Positions 36,982-47,024 are shown, counted from the stretch's first letter. The stretch: 64,000 nucleotides of DNA from Gemmatimonadota bacterium (GCA_039588275.1 JBDHAC010000010.1:40804-104803); one strand, 5' to 3'. The notes: a model not told the origin generated them from the sequence alone. A program made the numbers and translations.

Positions 36982-37695
36982 CTAGGCCGCGGCCTCCGCG
37001 GCTTCGGTCAGCGCCAGCCGACCGGCGGTCCCGGCCACAAGGTCGTACGCGGCGTGGGCGACGATCGGCGCCCACAAAGACCCCGACAGCAGGTACAGAC
37101 CTCCGAGCAGGGCGCCCGCGGCGGCGGTCTTGAAGACACCGGCGATCTCCTGATAGGCGTGCGCGAGCCCGAATGCCGCGGTGGAGAGCGCCCACGCGGC
37201 CGCGACGGGCATGTACGCCCCCAGGTAGGCGATCAGGAAACCCCTGTACAGGATCTCTTCGCAGATTCCGGCGGTGATCGCCAGCGCGGTGAACCACCGC
37301 GCCTCCTCGTCATCGTGTGGAAGGTAGTCCGCGACGTTGCCCATCTGTGTTCGCAGCTTCGCCCGGGCATCGGCGCTGTCGCGTACGCCTCTCAGCTGCG
37401 TCAGCAATACCGCGACGAGCAGGATCGTCAGACCCGCACCGATCCACCCGCCCCGTCCCGCGAGCGGCCCGAACCCCAGCACGCTCCAGCCCCTCCCAAT
37501 CAGAGTCCAGAAGACGAGCAGCGCTATCGTGGGAACCCACTCCAGGAACAGGTCCTCGCGATAAATCCGGATCCGCGCGTCGCGGCGCCCAGCGGCGATC
37601 TCCCGTTTCAGACGCTTGAAGGACCGGATACCATACGCCGGAATGAGGGCTGCGAGGACGATCAGGAGCAGGTGGTCGAAGAGTTGGGGGATCAC
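36982..37695 (-). CDS. CPBP/Abi (CAAX-like) intramembrane glutamic endopeptidase
   Basis: EEILYRG, FGLAH, HAAYD motifs; multiple TM. Confidence 0.92.
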   Translation of the reverse strand: MIPQLFDHLLLIVLAALIPAYGIRSFKRLKREIAAGRRDARIRIYREDLFLEWVPTIALLVFWTLIGRGWSVLGFGPLAGRGGWIGAGLTILLVAVLLTQLRGVRDSADARAKLRTQMGNVADYLPHDDEEARWFTALAITAGICEEILYRGFLIAYLGAYMPVAAAWALSTAAFGLAHAYQEIAGVFKTAAAGALLGGLYLLSGSLWAPIVAHAAYDLVAGTAGRLALTEAAEAAA

Positions 37696-37757
37696 CTTTC
37701 CGCCTTCGCGGTCTTACCGGGCAACGGCAGCGGTCTTACGTCGCAGCATCAGCTGTC

Positions 37758-40055
37758 CTATCCCGCGCGTCCACCCAACCGTGCGAGCGCTTCCCTGGCC
37801 CGGACCGCCGGCTCGAACGAGGCGTCCGCCGATTCCCACGCGGTCATGGCCTCCTGCAGGACCTCGCGCGCTTCGTCCGCGGACCCCTGCTCCTCGAGCA
37901 CGAGCGCGAGCTCGTAGTTGGCCACGGGATCCCCTGGCTCCACGAGCAGCGCCTCTTGGATCGACGCGGCGGCGGCGTCCAGCTCGCCCAGCTCACGCTG
38001 ACAGCGGCCGATCGCGATCTTCGGGTCGAGATCCGTCGGCGTGAGGGCTACCTGCCGACGATACTGCTCGATCGCCTGCGACCACTCCTCTCGATCTTCG
38101 TGGATTCTTCCCTGGGCTTCGACGACGATGCGGCGCAGCGCTTCTGCGCTCAGCGTCCGGATCAGCTCCTCCATCCCTGGCAGCGATGCTTCAGCCCGGT
38201 CGGGCTCGTGCATCTCGAGATGGATGCGCAGCTCCCCGAGAGCCGCGAGCTTGTCGAACGGTGTAGAGAGCTCCGCCGACAGGCTCTCGAGCCTACGAAG
38301 CGCTTCGTCCGGACGGCCCGCCTTCACGTACAGTGACAGTGCCAGCATCTGCTGAGCGACAAGCACGAAGGGCGGCTGGAACGATCGACTCTCGGCGAGC
38401 CTCCGCTCCGCAAACTCGAGCGCCAGCGAGATCTGGCCGCGAAGCTCGTAGTAATCCGCGAGCGCGTCGAGCGCTTCCTCACGCTCCTGGGCGGTCCTGG
38501 CCACGGCGAGCATGTTCTCGTACTGCTCAAGCGAGCCCGAATAGTCGCCCAGGGACAGGTCGAGGTTCGCCAGCCTCAGCATCGGACCCTGATCCGCGGG
38601 ATCGAGCAGCGTCGCGCGCTCGAAGTTGGCCCGGGCCTCGTCGTGGTCTCCGCGCTGGCGGTGGATATCGCCGACCTCAAGCATCGTCTCCGGGTCGTCC
38701 GGGAACAGCTCGAGGTAGCGGAAGTAGTAGTCCAGGGCCTCGTCGAACTTGGCCTGTGATTCGTACAGGTCCCCGATCTGTCGGAGGATCTGATTCTGCC
38801 CGGGATCCAGCTCGACCACCCGGCTCAGCGAAGCGATCGCGTCGTCCGGCTCGTTCATGCTGAGCCACACCTGCGCGAGCACTTGATGCGGCGCGATGTC
38901 GTCCGGGAACAGCTCCGCCCACATGTTCAACACCGCGATTCCGCGCTCGGTGTCCTGCCGTAGGAAGTAGTGCTCGGCCTTTACCCTGAATTGCAGGCGC
39001 TCCGGCATCCGGTACATGTACTCCATGGCCGCTTGCAGTCGCGCGATCCCCTCAGGGCCCCGATTGGCCAGGATCTGGACCTGGTAGAGGATGAGGTTCG
39101 CCAGCGCGAAGGTGGGATCCAGCGCCACCGCCTCGGAGAGGGAGCGAGCGGCCGCTTCGTAGTCGTCCCGGACTGCGAGCTCCCTCACCCCGTCCGCGAA
39201 CAACCGGAAGACCACCGGATCCGAGGTGAGGATCTCGGAGACCGGAAGATCGACCGCACCTTCCAGGCTCTCCGCGCTCGGAATCTCGAGGTCCTCTCTC
39301 AGCTGACCGGCGATCCGATCCGCGAGCTCGAGCGGCTCGATTCCGGAGTATTCGTGTCGGGCCACCACCTGCGCGCGGGCCGTGCGGTACAGCGTCACGG
39401 TCGCCTGGATGCTGTCACCCGCCGTCGACACGGTCCCCGCGACGAAGTGATCGCGGTGCAGGTCTTCGGAGAGCTCCCGCTGGAAGATCAGCGGGACCCC
39501 CGTCAGATCGTCGAATCCGGCCTCTCTCAGCCGGTCCTTGAACAGGGCCGGGATCTGTATCTCGACGAACTGCTCCTGAAAGAGATCGGTAGCTATCGCT
39601 TGCGGGAGCGCATACTGAAGCCAGGCACCGGAGGTGTCTGCGCTCTCGAGGTCGAAGTTGAACAGGGCCAGCCGACGCCGGAACGACTCCTTGGGGATGA
39701 CGCGCTCGACCTCGTTTCCCTCTTCGTCCTCGACCGTGACCACCGTCGTGACCGCGCCCAGATCGCGCCCCCAGAAGACCGCGCCGAGTACCGCGGCGGC
39801 GACGGCCAGGTTCAACGGCACGCCGATCTTCTCGGAGCGCGTTACGGGATCCGCTCCGGCGCGGCCGTGATGATACGCGATCAGCACCACGCTCGGAATT
39901 ACAAGCGCCGCCGTGAGCAGCGCGAAGTCCGTGAGGGCCGGAGAGAGCAGGTAGCGGTTCACGAGGAAGTCGAGGAACTCCACGAGCCCCCAGCACACGC
40001 CGATGTACAGCAGCAGGTACCGGAACACGTGTCGCTCGCGCAGGTCGTTGATCAA
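37758..40055 (-). CDS. Membrane-anchored TolB-N/FlgO-like + tetratricopeptide repeat protein
   Basis: Three N-terminal TM helices, alpha/beta domain (LALFNF...), many TPRs (A.ALDP.FA.A, ELFPDD, LDP). Confidence 0.82.
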   Translation of the reverse strand: MINDLRERHVFRYLLLYIGVCWGLVEFLDFLVNRYLLSPALTDFALLTAALVIPSVVLIAYHHGRAGADPVTRSEKIGVPLNLAVAAAVLGAVFWGRDLGAVTTVVTVEDEEGNEVERVIPKESFRRRLALFNFDLESADTSGAWLQYALPQAIATDLFQEQFVEIQIPALFKDRLREAGFDDLTGVPLIFQRELSEDLHRDHFVAGTVSTAGDSIQATVTLYRTARAQVVARHEYSGIEPLELADRIAGQLREDLEIPSAESLEGAVDLPVSEILTSDPVVFRLFADGVRELAVRDDYEAAARSLSEAVALDPTFALANLILYQVQILANRGPEGIARLQAAMEYMYRMPERLQFRVKAEHYFLRQDTERGIAVLNMWAELFPDDIAPHQVLAQVWLSMNEPDDAIASLSRVVELDPGQNQILRQIGDLYESQAKFDEALDYYFRYLELFPDDPETMLEVGDIHRQRGDHDEARANFERATLLDPADQGPMLRLANLDLSLGDYSGSLEQYENMLAVARTAQEREEALDALADYYELRGQISLALEFAERRLAESRSFQPPFVLVAQQMLALSLYVKAGRPDEALRRLESLSAELSTPFDKLAALGELRIHLEMHEPDRAEASLPGMEELIRTLSAEALRRIVVEAQGRIHEDREEWSQAIEQYRRQVALTPTDLDPKIAIGRCQRELGELDAAAASIQEALLVEPGDPVANYELALVLEEQGSADEAREVLQEAMTAWESADASFEPAVRAREALARLGGRAG

Positions 40056-40176
40056 CGCCGATATCTACCTTCCCGTCATTCGCGGCCAGGATTCTCGGAA
40101 CTGTCCCGGTGCCCGCCCGGGACTCTCCTCAACGGCGCCTAAATGTCGGCGTGCTGGCCTTTAATTCAAGTCCGAG

Positions 40177-41403
40177 TCACGGGGAGGACTTCTCGATCCG
40201 TGCTCGCACTACGAAGGGAACTTCGAGCTCGTCCTCCGTGACCCCGACCAGCGTGGATCCGCGGATCAAGGGATACGGCCGCCGGCTGAGCGCGAACGGC
40301 AGACGAACGCGACCCAGGTAGCGGCCGATCGGGTCGAACACATCGAGGCGCGTCCCTTGGTCCTCTCTCTTGGTGACGGGGAAAACCCACAGATTGCCTT
40401 CGTCGTCGAAGAGGAACTCCTCGGTCGCGGGCTTCGTGTCGGGGATCTTCGACAGATCCACCTTGCCGCCCTGATCGGTGAACCACTCCAGCTCGGCCTC
40501 CGCCTCCGCCATGTCGGCGCCGGTCACGGGGAGCGGATCGAACTCGCGCGTGAGCGTTCGGAGCGTGTCACCCTCGGGGGTCAGCTCGAAGAACCGGTAG
40601 TTGCCGGAGAGCATTCCCCAGATCGAGCCCGAAGGCGCCAGCCGCCACCGGAAGGCGGCGGAGAACGGCACCGAGGCCATGGCGACACCGCCATCGGGGC
40701 TCCTCAGGACGAACCGTTCGCGCTCGACCGGATCATCGGGAACCGTGAGCGTGTCGAGGGCGGTGAAGCCGGCGTCGTACCGGACGAGCGCGATCTCGAA
40801 GCGCTCCTCATCCGGTCGTGGGACCGGTGCATAGTACCGACCCGCGTCGTCGAACCCGCCGGGCCACGGGATCATCACGAACCCGCCCGGCGATGCGTGC
40901 GAGTCGAGGAGGGCACCCACAGTATCGATCACCGATACTCGGTTGTTCGCGGGATCGACGACCCATAGATGACCGTCGGGCCCGAACTGGGCGTGCAAGG
41001 GACGGTTGAACTCGCCGGGGCCACCACCCTGGCGCCCGATCGTGCGCACGTGGGCCCCGTCCGGGGCGAAGACCCTGATCTCCTGCGCCTGCCCTTCCAG
41101 AACGTAGATGCGCTCCAAAGGGTCGATCTCCAACGACATGATCTCGCCGAACAAGCTTGGACCGACCTCATCCCTGCTTCCGATCCGAAGCTCCTCGGTG
41201 ACGCGCCAGGTCGCCTCGGGGGTCCAGAGCGGATCCGCCGTGTTCGTGACCACGACCTGTCCGGATGCGAGCGTGTCGATGGTTCCCGCCCAGGAAGGTT
41301 CGGCTTCGCCGGAGGGGACGCAGCCTGCCGCGAGCGATGCTGCGAGCCAAGACAGGTGGAGTGGAAGACCCGGGCTTGGAGCGCACATTCGCAGGTTCAC
41401 CAT
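40177..41403 (-). CDS. 6-bladed beta-propeller (NHL-like) lipoprotein
   Basis: Lipobox LAAGC; EELRIGS, IGRQGGGPGEF, DDEGNLWV, DVFDPIGRYLG; start uncertain. Confidence 0.85.
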   Translation of the reverse strand: MVNLRMCAPSPGLPLHLSWLAASLAAGCVPSGEAEPSWAGTIDTLASGQVVVTNTADPLWTPEATWRVTEELRIGSRDEVGPSLFGEIMSLEIDPLERIYVLEGQAQEIRVFAPDGAHVRTIGRQGGGPGEFNRPLHAQFGPDGHLWVVDPANNRVSVIDTVGALLDSHASPGGFVMIPWPGGFDDAGRYYAPVPRPDEERFEIALVRYDAGFTALDTLTVPDDPVERERFVLRSPDGGVAMASVPFSAAFRWRLAPSGSIWGMLSGNYRFFELTPEGDTLRTLTREFDPLPVTGADMAEAEAELEWFTDQGGKVDLSKIPDTKPATEEFLFDDEGNLWVFPVTKREDQGTRLDVFDPIGRYLGRVRLPFALSRRPYPLIRGSTLVGVTEDELEVPFVVRARIEKSSP

Positions 41404-41518
41404 GTCGGAATCCGCTCTCTCGAGAGGGACTGGAAGCCAGGCTCCATGGACTAGACAACTTCCAACCCGCGGACGGTTGTCCGCCACCGCCCCACTCGCG
41501 CGGGTCTCCCTGCGTGGG

Positions 41519-41565
41519 CGTTTCAACGCGCGTTTCACACCGTTGCAGCGTCCCTCGTTGAAACG
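41519..41565 (+). promoter_or_regulatory. Putative enhancer (UAS) boxes for a sigma-54 activator
   Basis: CGTTTCA at 41519 and 41531, CGTTGCA 41541, 17-bp box CGTCCCTCGTTGAAACG 41549-41565; outer inverted repeat CGTTTCAACG/CGTTGAAACG. Confidence 0.55.
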
Positions 41566-41655
41566 ACCCCCCTGAGAGGATCCGGACTACCACCAAGTGG
41601 TCCAAGCCGTTGCCGCGCAACGTGGAAGCTGGATGGAACCTACGCGACCAGCCCC

Positions 41656-41670
41656 CGGCGCGGCCCGTGC
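41656..41670 (+). promoter_or_regulatory. Putative sigma-54 (-24/-12) promoter of the spondin gene
   Basis: CGGCGCGGCCCGTGC = GG-N10-GC, similar to TGGCACG-N4-TTGC; about 90 bp downstream of the UAS boxes. Confidence 0.45.
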
Positions 41671-41746
41671 CGAAGGATGGACCGGGCACGCGGCCGTCGA
41701 GAGCGCCGCGGACGTCATAAGGCATCATCATACGCAGGAGGTCGTA

Positions 41747-42514
41747 GTGGGCAGGAATCGAGCATTCACGTGGGTGGCCGCGCTCGCCGGCGTCGCGCTG
41801 TTGGCAGGCTGCGGGATGGACAGCATGACCGGCGCGCCGGAGGCGCAGGCGGGCTTCGGGAAGCGCAACGGCGGCGTCTCCAGGGCACGCACCTATAGCG
41901 TCACGATCGAAAACCTGACGGGCGGACAGTGGTTCACCCCGCCCCTCGTCGCCACGCACCAAGGGGGAGAAGGTCTCTTCGAGGTCGGAGCACCAGCCAG
42001 CCTCGGCGCGCGCGAGATCGCCGAGAACGGAAACCTGCAGCCGATGCTGGACCGGCTGAACGCGAGCGATCACGTGTCCGACGTGGTGGTCGCGGTCGCG
42101 GGCACTCCGCCGCCTCTCGCGCCGGGCGCGAGCGTGAGCTTCACCATCGACGCCCAGCCTGGCGCGCGCTTTCTCTCCGTCATGTCCATGCTGATCTGCA
42201 CGAACGACGGGTTCACCGGACTCGACGGGCAGCGTCTGCCTTCGCGGGTAGGGCAGCAGATCGTCCTGGACACGAACGCGTACGACGCGGGGTCCGAGAT
42301 CAACACGGAGGATTTCGCGGATCTCGTTCCGCCGTGCCCCGTCCTGACGAACGTGCCGAGCATGGATCCCGGCACCGGGATGAGCGATCCGGCGCTCGCC
42401 GAGAACGGTGTGATTCGCATGCACGCCGGGGTCGTCGGGAACGACGACCTGGACGCCGCCCTGCACGGGTTCTCGAGCCCGGTCGGGCGCATCACGATTC
42501 GCCGCACCGGCTGA
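41747..42514 (+). CDS. Spondin_N domain lipoprotein
   Basis: AGGAGG RBS before GTG; lipobox LLAGC; VTIENLT.GQ.FTP..VATH, IAENG, MLICTNDGFTG, YDAGSEIN. Confidence 0.88.
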   Translation: MGRNRAFTWVAALAGVALLAGCGMDSMTGAPEAQAGFGKRNGGVSRARTYSVTIENLTGGQWFTPPLVATHQGGEGLFEVGAPASLGAREIAENGNLQPMLDRLNASDHVSDVVVAVAGTPPPLAPGASVSFTIDAQPGARFLSVMSMLICTNDGFTGLDGQRLPSRVGQQIVLDTNAYDAGSEINTEDFADLVPPCPVLTNVPSMDPGTGMSDPALAENGVIRMHAGVVGNDDLDAALHGFSSPVGRITIRRTG

Positions 42515-42570
42515 CATGGCGACTCCAGTGGTCGGGGCCCGGATCCGGGTCCCGACCCGGGGTCGGTGGG

Positions 42571-42593
42571 CGGGAGCCCTCCCCGGGCTCCCG
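42571..42593 (+). terminator. GC-rich hairpin between the spondin and sensor kinase genes
   Basis: CGGGAGCCC-TCCCC-GGGCTCCCG 9-bp stem; no clear U-tract. Confidence 0.35.
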
Positions 42594-42624
42594 GCATCGT
42601 CTTCATCGGCCTTATGTTCCCATC

Positions 42625-44370
42625 ATGACTCTCACCTTTCACCGCGCATTCCTGGTCACACTGGGGGGAACGCTCCTGGCGGCTCTACTCGTGGGCGGGG
42701 TCACGCTGGAGCGTAGACTGGCTGCCGAGTTGGAGGAAGACGTGCGCCAGGATCTCGCGATGGCGCCGCCGCTCCTCGCCGACCGGCAGTCCACCCAGGC
42801 CGAGGCCCTACGCATGCACGCGCAGGTCCTGGCGCAGACGGAAGCGCTTCGGGCCGCTCTCGCGGCCGGCGACCGGTCAGGTACCGTGGCCTATGCGGAG
42901 CAGCTCGCGGGGGAATGGGGCGAGGACCCCGTGGTGCTCGAGCCCGGGGGACAAGTGTGGGTCGGACCGCGTCTCGAGCCCGACCTCGTGAGCGCGGCGG
43001 CGGCCGGCGAGAATCCCTACGCGCTGCAGTACACGGGCGGCGAGCTGCACCAGGTCGCGGTGGCCGCGGTCTTTCAGGGAGAAGAGCAGATCGGCGTCGC
43101 TGGAGTGGCGCTCGCGCTCGATGCGCGGGCGGCCGAGGTCCTCGCGGGACTCACGCATTCCGAGGTCGTGCTCGTGGGACGCGATGGGGCGGTCGTCGCC
43201 TCGACCGTGCCCCCGGAGGTAGCCGCTGCGATCGTGGGCGCGGGTGGCCCGGCGACTGCTGCGGGGCTCACCGAGACCGTCGAGGTGACCGAGCTGCAGG
43301 TTCCGGCCGTGGGGCGGTATTGGAGCACTGCGGCACCCCTCGCGGACGCCGGTGTCGCCTTCTTCGTACGCTCCGCCAGCCGCGAGCTGGCTGCCCTTCC
43401 CCGGCTACGTCGCGCCGCTCTGATTGCCGGGGGCCTGGCCCTGCTCGTCACGCTGCTGGTGGGCTCGGCCGTCGCACGCGGGATGTCGCGTCCCATTCGC
43501 GCGCTGGCGGGTGCGTCCCGCGACCTCGCAGCCGGCGACTTCGACGCACCGCTTCCCGCTTCGCGCGTATCCGAGGTCGCAACAGTGAGCAGGGCGTTCG
43601 GAGAAATGCGGCGCGCGCTCGCGGCCCGGCTCAAGGAGCTGGCCGAGACCAACGTGCAGCTCGAGGATCGCCAGGCGCGACTTCAGGCTCTCCAGACGCA
43701 GCTAATTCAGCGCGACCGGCTCGTGGCGGCCGGACGCCTCGTGACCGAGCTGGCGCACGAGATCCGGAACCCCGTGGCAAACGTGCGGAACTGCCTCGAG
43801 GTCGTGCGCCGTCAGACCGGCGACCCCAAGTCGCGCGAGTTCACCGACCTGGCCATCGAAGAGCTCCTCCGGATGCACGAGCTCGCAGAGCGCATGCTCG
43901 ACCTGAACCGGCCCGTCAGCCCGGGCGCGACCGCGTGCGATGCGCGTGCGGTGGTCGATGATGTCGTGTCGCTGGCTCGGCTGGGCGATCACGAGGGGCG
44001 CTGGACGATCAGCGTCTCGGGCCCGGAGACGGCGAACGCCGAACTGCCGCCCGACTCGTTGAAACAGGTGCTGCACAACCTTCTGACGAACGCGCAGGAG
44101 GCGAGCCCCGACGGGGGCCCCATCGAGGTCCGGCTCGAGTCGGCGAACGGCCAGCTACGGATCGAGGTTTCGGATCGCGGCCACGGAATCCCGGAGGACG
44201 CGCGGTCTCGCATGTTCGACCCCTTCTTCACCACCAAGGAGGACGTGCACGGAGTCGGACTCGGACTGTTCATCGCTCAGGGTGTGCTGCGCCGTCATGG
44301 TGGGAGCATCAGCGCCAGAAACCGCACCTCGGGTCCGGGCGCCACGATCCTGGTCGAGCTTCCGGCATGA
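42625..44370 (+). CDS. Sensor histidine kinase (periplasmic Cache-like domain, HAMP, HisKA, HATPase)
   Basis: Two TM helices; LAHEIRNP H-box, NLLTNA N-box, DRGHGI, FDPFFTTK, GVGLGL. Confidence 0.93.
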   Translation: MTLTFHRAFLVTLGGTLLAALLVGGVTLERRLAAELEEDVRQDLAMAPPLLADRQSTQAEALRMHAQVLAQTEALRAALAAGDRSGTVAYAEQLAGEWGEDPVVLEPGGQVWVGPRLEPDLVSAAAAGENPYALQYTGGELHQVAVAAVFQGEEQIGVAGVALALDARAAEVLAGLTHSEVVLVGRDGAVVASTVPPEVAAAIVGAGGPATAAGLTETVEVTELQVPAVGRYWSTAAPLADAGVAFFVRSASRELAALPRLRRAALIAGGLALLVTLLVGSAVARGMSRPIRALAGASRDLAAGDFDAPLPASRVSEVATVSRAFGEMRRALAARLKELAETNVQLEDRQARLQALQTQLIQRDRLVAAGRLVTELAHEIRNPVANVRNCLEVVRRQTGDPKSREFTDLAIEELLRMHELAERMLDLNRPVSPGATACDARAVVDDVVSLARLGDHEGRWTISVSGPETANAELPPDSLKQVLHNLLTNAQEASPDGGPIEVRLESANGQLRIEVSDRGHGIPEDARSRMFDPFFTTKEDVHGVGLGLFIAQGVLRRHGGSISARNRTSGPGATILVELPA

Positions 44371-45761
44371 TCCCGGCCTCCGCTTCGCCTCGGAGATACG
44401 ACTCCAGCTTGCTGCTCATCGTGGATGACGACGTCGCGTTCCGGCGCTCGACCGCCGAGCTCCTGCGGGACGAAGGCTACAGGGTCGAGACGGCTGCCAG
44501 CGCGCCCGAGGCCTCGGAGGTCCTCGAGCGGGAGGCCGTGGACCTCATGCTCCTGGACGTGCGGATGCCGGGGCTCGGCGGGCTCGAGGTGGTGGAGGTC
44601 CTCCGGCGGCGAGGTTCGCCGATACCCATCCTCATGATCAGCGGATACGGCGATGTCGAAACGGCGGTGGAGTCGCTCCACCTCGGGGCGGACGATTTCC
44701 TCACCAAGCCCGTCGACCCCGAGGAGCTGAGCCGGCGGGTCGCCGAGCTACTCGAGCGCCGCCCGTCACCGGAACGTCTCGCAGCGGCCACGAACTACGG
44801 GATCGTCGGACAATCCGCAGCCATGGCGGAGCTGATCGACTCCGTGCGCCAGGTGGCGGAGTCGGATGCCACCGTCCTGGTGATCGGTGAGACGGGTACC
44901 GGGAAGGAGCTCGTGGCGCGAGCCATCCACAGCCTCTCTTTGCGTGAATCCGGGCCTTTCGTGCCCGTCAACTGCGCGGCGCTCGCGGAAGGGCTGCTGG
45001 AGTCCGAGCTATTCGGGCACGTACGGGGGGCGTTCACGGGAGCCACGCGAGACAAGGACGGACTGTTCGCCGCCGCGAACGCCGGCACCCTGTTCCTGGA
45101 CGAGATCGGCGACATGAGCCTGAGGCTCCAGCAACGGCTGCTCCGGGTTCTCCAGGAGCGCGAGGCGATGCCGGTGGGAGCGACCCGCGCGCGGCCCGTG
45201 GATGTTCGCGTCGTAGCCGCTACCCACCGAGACCTGCGGGAGGAGATGGACGGCGGCCGCTTCCGAGACGACCTCTTCTATCGGCTCAACGTGTTCCCGA
45301 TTCACATCCCCCCGCTACGCGCACGCAAGCGAGACGTTTCTCTCCTCGTGCACCACGCGCTCCGACGACTCGGGGAGCGCTCCGCCGGTGGCGTTCCACC
45401 CGCAGTGTCGCTGCCCGCCATGCGCGCGCTCCGGGCGCATGATTGGCCCGGCAACGTTCGCGAGCTCATGGCGGCCGTCGAGAGCGCAGCGATCCGGGCC
45501 GGAACGAGCGAGATCGGGCTCGAGCACCTCCCCCCCGAGATCCGGGCCGACCGAACCGAGGGTGGACGGTACCACGCACCGACGCGCCCCGACGACGAGC
45601 GCGACGCGATCGTAGCCGCGCTGGAGGCGGCACACGGCGTCCGCGCACGAGCGGCCGAGCTCCTGGGGATGAGCCGGACGACCCTCTGGCGCCGGATGCG
45701 GGCGCTCGGATTGGTCGACGGAGACGGAGACGGAAACGGAAACGGAGACGGCGAGAGCTGA
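44367..45761 (+). CDS. Sigma-54-dependent response regulator (NtrC/AtoC/ZraR family)
   Basis: Receiver VDDD/DVRMP/TKP, GETGTGKE, GAFTGA, FLDEIG, RDDLFYRL, WPGNVRE, Fis-type HTH; ATGA overlap with the kinase. Confidence 0.95.
   Translation: MIPASASPRRYDSSLLLIVDDDVAFRRSTAELLRDEGYRVETAASAPEASEVLEREAVDLMLLDVRMPGLGGLEVVEVLRRRGSPIPILMISGYGDVETAVESLHLGADDFLTKPVDPEELSRRVAELLERRPSPERLAAATNYGIVGQSAAMAELIDSVRQVAESDATVLVIGETGTGKELVARAIHSLSLRESGPFVPVNCAALAEGLLESELFGHVRGAFTGATRDKDGLFAAANAGTLFLDEIGDMSLRLQQRLLRVLQEREAMPVGATRARPVDVRVVAATHRDLREEMDGGRFRDDLFYRLNVFPIHIPPLRARKRDVSLLVHHALRRLGERSAGGVPPAVSLPAMRALRAHDWPGNVRELMAAVESAAIRAGTSEIGLEHLPPEIRADRTEGGRYHAPTRPDDERDAIVAALEAAHGVRARAAELLGMSRTTLWRRMRALGLVDGDGDGNGNGDGES
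45717..45752. repeat. Hexanucleotide microsatellite (RACGGA x6) encoding the DGDGDGNGNGDG tail
   Basis: GACGGA x3, AACGGA x2, GACGGC. Confidence 0.85.
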
Positions 45762-45771
45762 AGCGCCGGGA

Positions 45772-46089
45772 TTATTCCGGGAGCGTCTCCAACAACCGGG
45801 TAAGCCGGGTCCGGTACTCGCGGAACGCGGCTCTGCCTGCCCGGGTGAGCCGCAGCAGCGTGCACGGGATTTTGTCCCGGAACCGCTTTTCCACTTCGAC
45901 GTACCCGGCCTGTTCCAGCTTCCCGAGGTGGAATGAGAGATTCCCGCCGGTGAGTCCGGTCTGGTTCGCCAGAAACGTGAAGTCCGCCTCATCGATCACG
46001 TATAGATGCGCCATGACCATGAGCCGGGCCGGCTCGTGGACGAGCTTATCCAGATCCGCGAGCGTCTCCGTCTCGGGCGTCTCACTCAC
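45772..46089 (-). CDS. Winged-helix transcriptional regulator (HTH_34, ArsR/MarR-like)
   Basis: LDKLVHEPARL.VM..L, DFTFL, TGGNLS.HL.KLE.AGYV, LTRAGR.AF..Y; GTGA overlap with the upstream gene. Confidence 0.9.
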   Translation of the reverse strand: MSETPETETLADLDKLVHEPARLMVMAHLYVIDEADFTFLANQTGLTGGNLSFHLGKLEQAGYVEVEKRFRDKIPCTLLRLTRAGRAAFREYRTRLTRLLETLPE

Positions 46090-46721
46090 GATGACGCCTC
46101 CACCTGCCGCGGCGGGTAGCGACGCATGAAGCGGATCAGCCTCGCGAATCCCGCCAGCGTGATCACGGCTCCGACGACGGCGAGCCCATACTCGGCCGGC
46201 ACACCGAAGGGAACGAGCGCGGCCGCGATTACCGCGAGCAACGCGTAGCCCATGAACCACGGCGCTCGAAGGGCGAGTCCCGCCACGCCCAGGAAGAGCG
46301 CCACCATGAGCGCGAACGGGGCCAACCCGAGACCGATCAGCGTCTCCCGCATCGAATCCCCACCCCTATCGAACACGAGCCACACCGCGACCCCGGCGAG
46401 CGCCGTCCCCACCAGGGCCCAATGGAGAGTCCACAGCCCACGTCGTTCTCTCTTTCGGCGTGGCTCGCTGAAGCGAACGTAGCCGACGTGCCGGGTCGCG
46501 ATCTTGTCGCGCAAAGGCTTCCACATCGTCGCGAGGAGCGCCGGCGCGAGGATGGTGAGCATCGGGAGCTCGAGGAGCACTCCGACCGCGAACCCGAGCA
46601 GCCCCAAACCCGCCAGCAGATCGATCAATCCGTCCTGCTGCGTCGTTCGGTAGGTGTGCTCCTCCAACTCGTCCAGATCACTCAGGCGCTTCAGATCGCT
46701 CGAATCGATTCGCTCATCCAT
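46086..46721 (-). CDS. Hypothetical membrane protein (about 6 TM)
   Basis: DGLIDLL.G, GYVRF, hydrophobic segments; GAGGTG RBS before ATG 46721. Confidence 0.8.
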   Translation of the reverse strand: MDERIDSSDLKRLSDLDELEEHTYRTTQQDGLIDLLAGLGLLGFAVGVLLELPMLTILAPALLATMWKPLRDKIATRHVGYVRFSEPRRKRERRGLWTLHWALVGTALAGVAVWLVFDRGGDSMRETLIGLGLAPFALMVALFLGVAGLALRAPWFMGYALLAVIAAALVPFGVPAEYGLAVVGAVITLAGFARLIRFMRRYPPRQVEASS

Positions 46722-46802
46722 CGTATTCACCTCGAAGCCCATTCGGGCCGATGCAGACGCGAGAGCCGACCGGTGTTTCCGGGCCGCGGGCAGCACCTGC
46801 TG

Positions 46803-46836
46803 AGTTTGCACTGCCATGTAGTCTGTACTACAAACT
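46803..46836. promoter_or_regulatory. Tandem 17-bp imperfect palindromic operator boxes
   Basis: AGTTTGCACTGCCATGT + AGTCTGTACTACAAACT; AT-rich island upstream of the membrane protein/wHTH operon. Confidence 0.55.
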
Positions 46837-47024
46837 ATTCTGCGCCGAGGAGATCGTCAAGGGTCTCCAGCCGAGCGAGGGTCCCCCACGTGCTCAGGGC
46901 TCCGTCCGTCGCGACCGTTCCGAAGACGTCTGGCGGGAGAGAAGCGACGCGGTAACGTACCGTAACCTTCAAGTGTCAAACCTAGTTGAATACGACACCC
47001 AACCTCGTCACGGAGGGTGCGCAC

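Noticed and set aside
41597..41612. TGGTCCAAGCCGTTGC as a sigma-54 promoter
   Set aside because: GG-to-GC spacing is 11, not the required 10.
41929..42624. N-terminal extension of the histidine kinase ORF
   Set aside because: Overlaps the spondin gene in another frame; the kinase starts at MTLTFH (42625).
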